Shown: one piece after another, positions 1-7,103 of the stretch
Position numbering within the stretch: position 1 is the first letter of the stretch
How the letters are laid out: every line of letters begins with the position of its first letter
Origin: Patescibacteria group bacterium
Lineage (GTDB): Bacteria; Patescibacteriota; SICC01
Assembly (NCBI GenBank): GCA_040902515.1
Contig: JBBDXB010000006.1
Location: forward strand, 335,814 to 399,813
Reading direction: 5' to 3'
Length of the DNA: 64,000 bases
Translations under genes and position numbers: made by a program
The notes under the pieces: model-generated
Seen by the model: only the letters and a program-made list of their open reading frames with translations
Database searches by the model: none
Told to the model about the DNA's origin: nothing

Positions 1-1
1 C

Positions 2-97
2 CTCTCCGAGCTGGAGAAGGGCATCCTGGCCGCCGCCTACTTCCTCTACACCGCGATGCACCCGCTCGAGTACCACCCGGCCAAGCGGTACGGATAG
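2..97 (+). CDS. 3' end of an upstream gene (C-terminal fragment; product unknown)
   Basis: Open frame from window edge (…[31 protein letters not shown]) ending at TAG 95-97 just before the pyk RBS. Only 31 codons visible. Confidence 0.3.
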   Translation, partial: LSELEKGILAAAYFLYTAMHPLEYHPAKRYG

Positions 98-101
98 GAG
101 T

Positions 102-1148
102 GTGATGCGGCGGACCCAGATCGTGGCGACCATCGGCCCGGCGTCGGAGACGCCGGCGGTCTTGCCGAAGCTGCTCGACGCCGGCACGGACGTGGCGCGG
201 CTGAACTTCTCCCACGGTGACTACGCGGAGTTCGAGCGGATCGTCCGGGACGTCCGGCGCTGGTCGAGCAAGCACACGCGCAAGGTGACGATCCTCCAGG
301 ACCTGCAGGGGCCGAAGCTCCGGGTGGGTGACATGGGGGGCGGCGTGGAGTACCGCGCCGGCACGGTCGTGATGGTCACGCCCGATCCGGTCGCCGGCAC
401 GGAGAAGACGATTCCGGTCACCTACAAGCACCTCGCCGCCGACCTCAAGAAAGGCGACACGATCCTGCTCGCGGACGGCGCGGTGGAGCTGACCGTCATG
501 GGCGCCAAGGGCCGCGACGTGAAGACGAAGGTCGCGAGTGGCGGGGTGGTGACGTCGCATCAGGGGTTCAACGTGCCGGGACGCTCGCTCTCCGTGCCGG
601 CCCTCACCGACAAGGACAAGGAAGACCTTGCCTGGGGACTCGCGCACGAGGTGGACTGGGTGGCGCTCTCGTTCGTCACCGGTCCGGCCGACGTGACCCG
701 CGTCCGCAAGATGATCGAGCGTGCGGAGCCAACCAAAGTACCCAAGCTGATCGCCAAGATTGAGAAGCACGAGGCGGTGGAACACCTGCCGGAGATCATC
801 GCGGCAGCGGACGGCGTAATGGTCGCTCGCGGCGACCTTGGCGTGGAGATCGACCCGGCCGAGGTGCCGTTCGTACAGAAGGAGATCATCCACTACGCGA
901 ACGCCGCGGCCAAACCGGTGATTACCGCCACGCAGATGCTCGAATCGATGGTGCAGCGCCCGCAGCCCACCCGCGCGGAGGTCTCGGACATCGCCAACGC
1001 CGTGCTCGACGGCACCGACGCGGTGATGCTCTCCGAGGAGGCCGCCGTGGGCAAGCACCCGGTCGAGACGGTCCGCACCATGGCGCACGTGATCGACGAT
1101 ACCGAGCGCCTCTTCCACCGCCATCGCGAACGGCTCCGGATCCAGTAA
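102..1148 (+). CDS. pyk: pyruvate kinase (short form, barrel and lid domains only; lacks the usual C-terminal regulatory domain)
   Basis: 348-aa ORF with PK hallmarks ([31 protein letters not shown]). AGGAG at 96-100. GTG at 102, ATG at 105. A hairpin terminator follows. Confidence 0.85.
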   Translation: MMRRTQIVATIGPASETPAVLPKLLDAGTDVARLNFSHGDYAEFERIVRDVRRWSSKHTRKVTILQDLQGPKLRVGDMGGGVEYRAGTVVMVTPDPVAGTEKTIPVTYKHLAADLKKGDTILLADGAVELTVMGAKGRDVKTKVASGGVVTSHQGFNVPGRSLSVPALTDKDKEDLAWGLAHEVDWVALSFVTGPADVTRVRKMIERAEPTKVPKLIAKIEKHEAVEHLPEIIAAADGVMVARGDLGVEIDPAEVPFVQKEIIHYANAAAKPVITATQMLESMVQRPQPTRAEVSDIANAVLDGTDAVMLSEEAAVGKHPVETVRTMAHVIDDTERLFHRHRERLRIQ

Positions 1149-1191
1149 TCCGTCAGGCACCAACCGTCCACATAAGAACCACAGGAGAGCC

Positions 1192-1223
1192 GGAATCCCC
1201 TTTACTGTCAGGGATTCCTTTGG
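1192..1223 (+). terminator. hairpin terminator downstream of pyk (GGAATCCC-11nt-GGGATTCC then TTTGG)
   Basis: Perfect 8-bp inverted repeat 1192-1199/1211-1218 followed by a T-rich run, 44 nt after the pyk stop. Confidence 0.5.
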
Positions 1224-1302
1224 TAGGCTTTGTGACATCGTCGTACCTGAACATCCAGTAGCACGATAAATTCCACCAGCTGTTCCCGAGGGAAGGAGAG
1301 CA

Positions 1303-1578
1303 GTGGATCTTGCTGTGATGCAGGACTTTTGGGCGCTTCCCGACCGGGCGCTGTTCGCACTCGGCTTGTTGGGTGCCGTGAACCTTTTGGGGTTCTACCT
1401 GATTCGTTTCGGGACCCGCCCGCGTGAGTCACGTGCGCGGGCCTCACGCAGGTCGCCGTCGTCGGACCCGTCCTCGGGCCGGCCCGGTCGACCGCGCGGA
1501 CCTCCGTGCGTGGCTTACCGAAGTGAAATCTCGTTCACCGCGGCAGCTCCGGCATACCGACAACCCCCATGGGAGTGA
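1303..1578 (+). CDS. possible small membrane protein (N-terminal ~45 aa look genuine, remainder R/S/P-rich and possibly spurious)
   Basis: AAGGAGAG RBS then GTG 1303. The start MDLAVMQDFWALPDRALFALGLLGAVNLLGFYLIRFG is TM-like. No homology recognised. Confidence 0.25.
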   Translation: MDLAVMQDFWALPDRALFALGLLGAVNLLGFYLIRFGTRPRESRARASRRSPSSDPSSGRPGRPRGPPCVAYRSEISFTAAAPAYRQPPWE

Positions 1579-1606
1579 GGGAGTCACGGCCGGGGCTGCC
1601 GCTCTC

Positions 1607-1724
1607 GGCGGCGTAGCTCAGACGGTAGAGCGCTCGCGAGGAGAAGCCACAAGAGAAGGCGGAACGACATCCACCGGCATCGGGTCGGTAGCGAGGAGCG
1701 CGGGTTCAAGTCCCGTCGTCGCCA
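1607..1724 (+). tRNA. atypical tRNA-like gene, 118 nt, with a ~46-nt insertion in the anticodon arm; isotype undetermined
   Basis: Canonical 7-bp acceptor (GGCGGCG/CGTCGCC), U8-A9, D-arm GCTC-AGACGGTA-GAGC, T-arm GCGGG-TTCAAGT-CCCGT, discriminator A. Between the CTCGC and GCGAG stem halves there are 53 nt instead of a 7-nt loop. Confidence 0.45.
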
Positions 1725-1839
1725 TGCAACTGCGAACATAAGGAGGTACGCCTATAAGCCATAACTGAATCGCGCACTGCACGAGGGTTATCATCGCAGT
1801 ACGGCACGCCCGTAATCCGAAGGGAGGAAGGATGTTGCC

Positions 1840-1913
1840 GGGGAGGTAGCTCAGTCCGGTAGAGCGCCGGTTAGACACGCCGGAGGCCGCTGGTTCGAAT
1901 CCAGCCCTCCCGA
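1840..1913 (+). tRNA. tRNA, probably Val (anticodon GAC)
   Basis: Cloverleaf: D-arm GCTC-AGTCCGGTA-GAGC, anticodon stem CCGGT/GCCGG with loop TAGACAC, T-arm GCTGG-TTCGAAT-CCAGC. A33 and a G1·G72 acceptor pair are unusual, so the isotype call is tentative. Confidence 0.55.
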
Positions 1914-1952
1914 TGTCCAGTCCCGCAACGAAAGGGGGAAACATCGCAGTAC

Positions 1953-1968
1953 CCGTGCTTCGGCACGG
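1953..1968 (+). other. stable RNA hairpin with UUCG tetraloop (CCGTGC-UUCG-GCACGG) 3' of the tRNA; possible processing or terminator element
   Basis: Perfect 6-bp stem with a canonical UUCG tetraloop. It is preceded by the motif CATCGCAGTAC, which also occurs at 1791-1801 upstream of the same tRNA. Confidence 0.4.
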
Positions 1969-2027
1969 CCTGGTCCATTGAAGGAAACTGAGGTGATGCA
2001 AGTGACGCAACGCAGAGTGGTAATCGC

Positions 2028-2408
2028 ATGACTACCACCGACACCGTACTGCCCTCTTCACGGGAGGTGAGGGAGCAGGAGGAGAAAGACGTCCACCGCG
2101 ACGTTGTCAGCATCATTGGGAGAGGGGAGTTCACCCGGAAGTTCTGGAGGTTCTACTCTCTCGAGATACCGACCGCCGTCGAGACCGACGGCGAGGAGTG
2201 CAAGGAGTGGTTGGAGCGGAAACTGGAAACGCTTGTCGAGCTCAGTGATGAGCTCAGCGAGTTGATCCCCGGTGCCCGTTCCGACGTTCAGCGAAGCGCC
2301 CTCTACTGCTTGTACGTAGTGGTGGAGGTAATGATCGAGAAGACGCTCGAGACAGTTGTCGAGTTCTTCTTCCCGGACATGCCCTTCGCGTTTGTGGAGC
2401 AAACATGA
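2028..2408 (+). CDS. hypothetical acidic protein (126 aa)
   Basis: ATG ORF in a lower-GC islet between tRNA genes. 4-nt ATGA overlap with the next ORF suggests translational coupling. No homology recognised. Confidence 0.45.
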   Translation: MTTTDTVLPSSREVREQEEKDVHRDVVSIIGRGEFTRKFWRFYSLEIPTAVETDGEECKEWLERKLETLVELSDELSELIPGARSDVQRSALYCLYVVVEVMIEKTLETVVEFFFPDMPFAFVEQT

Positions 2409-2623
2409 GCAAGAAGGGACGAAACACCATCGAGCCCGCATCCAAGCGGGTCAAGGAGTTGCTCCAATCCAAGGCTAGTTTACCGGACCACGAGCGGATG
2501 CGGCTTGTCGCACTCAAGCAGCAAGGCTTGGAGACGAGCCCCGGCCTACGTTCGATCCGCCGCAAGCGGAAGTACGTGACCGAGCAGCTCAGCAAACTGG
2601 GGGTGCAGACCCAAGAGGTCTGA
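2405..2623 (+). CDS. hypothetical basic protein (72 aa, K/R-rich)
   Basis: Start overlaps the stop of the upstream ORF (ATGA). Basic composition suggests a nucleic-acid binder. No homology recognised. Confidence 0.4.
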   Translation: MSKKGRNTIEPASKRVKELLQSKASLPDHERMRLVALKQQGLETSPGLRSIRRKRKYVTEQLSKLGVQTQEV

Positions 2624-2846
2624 CCACACTTCCGGGGGTACCGAACGAGTCGACCGTTCAAAACCCGGCGTTCAGTCGACCACTCTCTGAGTGTGAACGT
2701 CCGACCTGAAACGCCCTTGTGAGAAATACGACATCGATTGATACCACATCATTCGACATCCACCATTTCTTGCAAGGGCTTTTTCTTTTGGCCGGAATTC
2801 CCGCCGCCGGCTACACTGGGAATGTCCGGCGTGCCGGACGACATAC

Positions 2847-2933
2847 GGAGAGGTGGCCGAGTGGTTTAAGGCGCACGCCTGGAACGCGTGTTGGCCCGCA
2901 AGGGTCTCGAGGGTTCGAATCCCTCCCTCTCCG
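2847..2933 (+). tRNA. tRNA-Ser (anticodon GGA), long variable arm
   Basis: GGAGAGG acceptor, D-arm GCC-GAGTGGTTTAA-GGC, anticodon loop CUGGAAC, 18-nt variable arm, T-arm GAGGG-TTCGAAT-CCCTC, discriminator G. Confidence 0.85.
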
Positions 2934-3159
2934 CAGGATAAACGTCCCGTGCGACCCATCCCAATATCGGATATAAGGCAGTGAAGGGTCAAAAGTGGGT
3001 GTAGCAAGAGGGTTCATGACGAGGACAACAGTACCGCCACGGCAGAGGATGTCTAACGGTTACCGAAAAGAGCAGTGAGTGCTATCTTGTAAGCAAGGGG
3101 AAAAGAACTCCTTAATAGTCTGTTTTCTACCGGCAACCGCGAAAACTAGAGGAGCAGGA

Positions 3160-3699
3160 ATGCTTAATCTGCCCAATTGTATTACCTTGTTGCGGTTGCC
3201 AATGATTGCCGGTGTTGTTCTCTTCTTGAGTATGGAGAGCACCACCAGTGACCGCGCAGCCGTACTTTTGGCAGTAGCCATCGTTGGATCGGACGTACTC
3301 GATGGATATATTGCCAAGAAGTACAGCCAGATAACCGAATTCGGACAGTTTATCGACCCCCTTGTCGATAAGCTCTTCATCGCTTCGGCCCTGTTGGCGC
3401 TTTTCGTTCGAGGCGAGGTAGCAGTTTGGGTGATAGTGGTAATCCTCGGTCGCGATCTGGCCGTGACGGCGTTGCGGGCCTATCTTGGTAGAAAGGGCGC
3501 GTCTATGCCTGCTGTTCGGGCGGCTCAACATAAGACAACCCTTCAGTCCTTGATGGTCATCCTTCTAATCGCAGTCAGCGGGAACCCGTTGTGGCTGCAG
3601 GGACTCATCTGGATCACTGTTGGAGTTACGCTCTATACAGGATTCAGGTATTTCCTCACAGCATCAGCACTTCTACAAGAAAGGAAAACTGCGAAGTAA
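3160..3699 (+). CDS. pgsA: CDP-alcohol phosphatidyltransferase (PgsA-like phosphatidylglycerophosphate synthase)
   Basis: D-G-x2-A-K…G-x3-D-x3-D motif (SDVLDGYIAKKYSQITEFGQFIDPLVDKL). Multi-TM. GGAG 5 nt upstream of ATG 3160. Lower GC than neighbours. Confidence 0.75.
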   Translation: MLNLPNCITLLRLPMIAGVVLFLSMESTTSDRAAVLLAVAIVGSDVLDGYIAKKYSQITEFGQFIDPLVDKLFIASALLALFVRGEVAVWVIVVILGRDLAVTALRAYLGRKGASMPAVRAAQHKTTLQSLMVILLIAVSGNPLWLQGLIWITVGVTLYTGFRYFLTASALLQERKTAK

Positions 3700-3726
3700 C
3701 CGGGGCAATCATCAGAAAGTAAATCA

Positions 3727-3768
3727 GTTGGTGGGTGCTGCAGAAAGCACTTTCGGCATCCACCAACC
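3727..3768 (+). terminator. compound GC hairpin after pgsA (GTTGGTGG…CCACCAAC with nested GTGCT/AGCAC stem), no U-tract
   Basis: 8-bp outer stem and 5-bp inner stem starting 28 nt after the pgsA stop. Confidence 0.35.
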
Positions 3769-3782
3769 CTCGGCTTCCACAA

Positions 3783-4460
3783 CTAGGACTCCAGTACCTC
3801 TGCTAGCAAGGATGCCTGTGTCTGTTTGGAGAAATTGTTTATGGGGATATGTTTGTGAAACCTGAGCCCCGGAACCATTGCCGCTGCAAAAAGTGCGAAT
3901 CGTCGGTCGCCATGACGAGCTCGTTCCATAGAGGCGAGATATTGTAGCAGACAAGCTTTACTTTCATTTTCACGTTCTAATCCTTTAGCGCCGAGAATCA
4001 AGTGACCTGTAGCGTGATCGACACCGGCTTGCATGAATACTTCGGCCATGCGGCGAGGGAAGCTGGTCGCAGGAGAATCACTGTAGAGAATCGCTAGCGG
4101 TGTATCCATACCATCGAACTTTACTTCTACGGCCTGGACTTCTTCAGGTGCTGGTCGATCTGCCAGAATCCATCGGGCACTTTCTCTTACGCTTGTAAGC
4201 GTTTCTCGATCTACTCCAATCGATTCAAAGGTATCGAAAGAATCCTCGCGTAACTCGATGAATTGTTCCCAAGTCACGTCTATTTCGGGCAACCGGTCCA
4301 CCATGTGTCGGATCGCCCGATGCAGTCGGGTGTTCGGCCGCGGGGGAGCCGCGTAGCCTACATCGTCTAATAATCGGTCAGGATCCTCAGGCAATAAATG
4401 TGGATTTCTAGATGATTCCTTTACTAGGATTTCTGATAAATCTGGTGAGGGCTCTGGCAC
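3783..4460 (-). CDS. hypothetical protein (225 aa)
   Basis: Minus-strand ORF with GTG start and no obvious SD, in a lower-GC islet. Contains GVDHATGHLILGAKG. No confident family assignment. Confidence 0.45.
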   Translation of the reverse strand: MPEPSPDLSEILVKESSRNPHLLPEDPDRLLDDVGYAAPPRPNTRLHRAIRHMVDRLPEIDVTWEQFIELREDSFDTFESIGVDRETLTSVRESARWILADRPAPEEVQAVEVKFDGMDTPLAILYSDSPATSFPRRMAEVFMQAGVDHATGHLILGAKGLERENESKACLLQYLASMERARHGDRRFALFAAAMVPGLRFHKHIPINNFSKQTQASLLAEVLES

Positions 4461-4487
4461 TGTAGTTGGTTGTTACTTTTCCTTTAG

Positions 4488-4523
4488 TGAGACATCTCTT
4501 TTTATAGTGTCTCATTTGTCTCA
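4488..4523. promoter_or_regulatory. candidate operator: TGAGACA-N13-TGTCTCA-N2-TGTCTCA in a divergent intergenic region
   Basis: Inverted repeat plus a direct repeat of the half-site in an AT-rich spacer between divergent genes (3783..4460 minus, 4703..5314 plus). An orphan AGGAGG at 4534 has no start codon after it. Confidence 0.35.
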
Positions 4524-4702
4524 TTTTGTGCCTAGGAGGATCGTAGACCCACCTGTTCCGCAGGATCGGCCGTATCTGAACCCAGCCCGAGAAGCCGGCT
4601 TCTTTTCGTGATGCCCGGTTGGTACAATGAAGCGCCGACTGACATCAGTTGGTTACCGTCCAGGCACGACCTGGAGCAACGCACATTACAAGGAGGAGAC
4701 AG

Positions 4703-5314
4703 ATGACGGCAACGGCACCGCCGGATGTCATCGTGGTATCGGCCCAAGAGCTCGAGAAGTGGGGCTGCCCGCACTGCGGATTCCAATCGGGGCAGAGCCT
4801 CGCGTCCACGGGTGGCGGAACTTGTTGGATCTGCGGCGAGTGCGGCAGATTCAGCATCGTCCTCGCCGAGGGCCTCACCGAGTCCCCCATCGAGATCGAC
4901 GAGGGGATCATCAAGGTCGGTGGCAATGCCCATGGCCCGACGCTCCAGGAGCACCCGCGCAAGGGAATCCCCAAGCATGGCACTCCCGACGAGCGGCCCG
5001 ATCAGGACGGCGGTGAGCACTTCCGTGTCCGCGGCATCGGTCGCGACCGGACTCCCGGTTGCTTCGTCTGCGGGGGAGAGGAGGAGCTCTACCACAACAT
5101 CGCCGCGTTCGTGCAGTGCAAGGCGTCCGGCGAGCGGGTCGTGGCGATGTTCGAGACAGGAGTTCGTCTCGACTACCGCGACTTCGAGCCCAACCGGGTG
5201 CAGGTGAAGGTGGGGGCGTGCGATACGCATCGCCCGAACTTGGACCGGCTCTACGAGCTGACCGGGGACGGCGTCATCAACGCGGAGCGAATCGAGACCG
5301 CCAGGTCCTGCTGA
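4703..5314 (+). CDS. hypothetical zinc-ribbon protein (multiple CxxC pairs)
   Basis: AGGAGG 6 nt upstream of ATG 4703. Motifs CPHCG…CWICGECG…CFVCGG. High GC typical of the host. The antisense ORF 4532..5230 is judged spurious. Confidence 0.5.
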   Translation: MTATAPPDVIVVSAQELEKWGCPHCGFQSGQSLASTGGGTCWICGECGRFSIVLAEGLTESPIEIDEGIIKVGGNAHGPTLQEHPRKGIPKHGTPDERPDQDGGEHFRVRGIGRDRTPGCFVCGGEEELYHNIAAFVQCKASGERVVAMFETGVRLDYRDFEPNRVQVKVGACDTHRPNLDRLYELTGDGVINAERIETARSC

Positions 5315-5394
5315 AGCACCCTGACTCCTCCATCGGCGTCCGCCGGCCTACCCTTTCATTGGCCGGCGGACGCTTCATCTTGCGCCTCACCTGT

Positions 5395-6183
5395 TTATGT
5401 CTCGATTTTCTTGACCGGCAGGGCGAGGTTGAGCCTTTCGGGGCTATCAAGGCGGTATTTTTTCCAGAGCTCCCGATACCGTGCTTGAACGTTCGGATTG
5501 GAGTGCTCCGCCCCTGAAAGCAAGAAATAGCTGGTCTGTCCCAGAAAACCTTCTGCCCTACGAGGGCCCCCTTTGGTGACTATCTGATTTACCAGGCCCT
5601 CGTAGAGATCCGCAGCGGCCAGGGAAACCTCAGGCAGCGGATGACCGAAAGGAATGTAGCGAACCTGTAATTCTATGTGATTATCCTCGTCAATCCAGCA
5701 GGCGAGGCGGTCACCCGCGGCTTTTAGTGCGCGCTTTGCGATTTCGGCATCTCTCATTTGTCCGGCTATGTTCAAGAGCTCGCCGGTGTCACCAGCGCTC
5801 TTTTCCCGCGAGACTGCAATCATGTGTTCAAGTGCGGCTACGCGCTCTTCCTTACTGAAGGCGGGGTTATATAGAACCATCCTTGAAGAGCGGTATATCT
5901 GCTCATCATCGACCACCTCTCCATCGGTCGCATCCTCCAGCAGCCGTTCATATGCGCGAGACGCGAGGTCTCGATCATGCTGGTCCAAAACTCGCAGAAG
6001 TTTCATTCTGCCCGCGTAATTGAGGTCATGATCATCGTCTTCGATGAGGACTAGGGCTTTTTTAAGCAACTGCTTTACACTTGCTTGGGACTCTGTGGAC
6101 GTCTCACAGAAGCCTGGTTCGAACAGTTCATCAGCGGGTGGATGCTGGTCGGGCGTATGCCCCTCGGTGTGTTCTGCACTCAT
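5395..6183 (-). CDS. hypothetical protein (263 aa), divergent from the TrmB-family regulator gene
   Basis: ATG at 6183 preceded by GGGGAG. Lower GC. No homology recognised. Confidence 0.5.
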   Translation of the reverse strand: MSAEHTEGHTPDQHPPADELFEPGFCETSTESQASVKQLLKKALVLIEDDDHDLNYAGRMKLLRVLDQHDRDLASRAYERLLEDATDGEVVDDEQIYRSSRMVLYNPAFSKEERVAALEHMIAVSREKSAGDTGELLNIAGQMRDAEIAKRALKAAGDRLACWIDEDNHIELQVRYIPFGHPLPEVSLAAADLYEGLVNQIVTKGGPRRAEGFLGQTSYFLLSGAEHSNPNVQARYRELWKKYRLDSPERLNLALPVKKIET

Positions 6184-6238
6184 TAGCTCCCCTTGGTTAA
6201 TTATTCGAGCTATCGAGTATCGCACGGATTCAAAAAAG

Positions 6239-6302
6239 TGTCAATGACAAGCATTTAATTTACTTAATATAGCTTTAGAAAGTGTCAAAATAGAGATTGA
6301 CA
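6239..6302. promoter_or_regulatory. two TGTCA/TGACA palindromes (TGTCA-A-TGACA at 6239-6249; TGTCA-N10-TGACA at 6283-6302), candidate operators
   Basis: Perfect inverted repeats in an AT-rich divergent intergenic region. The second overlaps the -35 of the regulator promoter. Confidence 0.45.
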
Positions 6303-6325
6303 AAAGTAAGAAGGCAAACTATACT
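6297..6325 (+). promoter_or_regulatory. sigma70-type promoter TTGACA-17-TATACT driving a leaderless transcript of the TrmB-like gene
   Basis: Consensus -35 at 6297-6302, 17-nt spacer, -10 at 6320-6325. ATG at 6332 lies about 7 nt downstream of the -10, with no SD. Confidence 0.6.
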
Positions 6326-6331
6326 CGCCGA

Positions 6332-7099
6332 ATGAACACTGCGTTGCTCACGAAGCTTGGCCTTACCGACTCCCAGGCGAAGACCTATCTCGCGTTGATC
6401 AAGGCCGGTCGGCTCACGCCGCCGGAGCTGGCGGCGAAGACCGGCGAGAGTCGCACCGCTGCCTACATGGCGCTCGCCAAGCTGGAGGAGGTCGGCCTGG
6501 CCCGGCCGGTGGAGGGTGCACGCAAGCAGACGTATGAGCCGGTCAATCCCGCCGAGTTGGAGCGATACCTTGACCGCCGGCGCAAGGAGTTGACGGAGAT
6601 CGAGGAAAACTATCGAGACTCGCTTTCCGGCATGCTGAGCTACTACTACGCGCACCGCAACGAACCAGGCGTACGGTTTTTCCAGGGCGAAAAGGGGTTG
6701 ACCAAGATTTACGAGGATCACCTGCGGACTGGCGAGGACGTCTACTTCGTCCGCACCCCGGCGGACGAGCAGTACTTCGGCAAGATCCTTTACCAGTACA
6801 TGACCAAACGGGCGCAGGCGGGGATTACCGCACACGGCCTGGCGCCATACAGTGAACGCGCCGCAACATGGGCCAAGCAGCACGACAAGCAGCTCAAGCG
6901 TGATATGACCTGGTACCCGCGCAAGGCCTACACGGCGCCGGTCGAGATCGCGGTGTACGGAAACAAGGTGTCGCTGGTTTCATTCGGCGATGAGGCGATT
7001 GGTACGATCATTGAAAGTCCCCAGATCGCACAGGCGCTGCGGGAGCTGCTCGGGATGGCGAGGGCCGGCGCCGGCGAGTTGATGCGGAAAATCCGCTGA
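6332..7099 (+). CDS. TrmB-family transcriptional regulator
   Basis: N-terminal winged HTH typical of TrmB (LTDSQAKTYLALIKAGRLTPPELAAKTGESRTAAYMALAKLEEVGLA) plus a C-terminal effector-like domain. Confidence 0.7.
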   Translation: MNTALLTKLGLTDSQAKTYLALIKAGRLTPPELAAKTGESRTAAYMALAKLEEVGLARPVEGARKQTYEPVNPAELERYLDRRRKELTEIEENYRDSLSGMLSYYYAHRNEPGVRFFQGEKGLTKIYEDHLRTGEDVYFVRTPADEQYFGKILYQYMTKRAQAGITAHGLAPYSERAATWAKQHDKQLKRDMTWYPRKAYTAPVEIAVYGNKVSLVSFGDEAIGTIIESPQIAQALRELLGMARAGAGELMRKIR

Positions 7100-7103
7100 T
7101 CGT

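Noticed and set aside
4534-4539. AGGAGG Shine-Dalgarno-like hexamer with no start codon downstream
   Set aside because: No ATG, GTG or TTG within 15 nt in any frame that opens a sizeable ORF. Probably a fortuitous purine run in the AT-rich operator region.
4532-5230. 232-aa minus-strand ORF opposite the zinc-ribbon gene
   Set aside because: The plus-strand gene has an RBS and ordered CxxC motifs. The minus ORF is a high-GC shadow. This call is less certain than the others.
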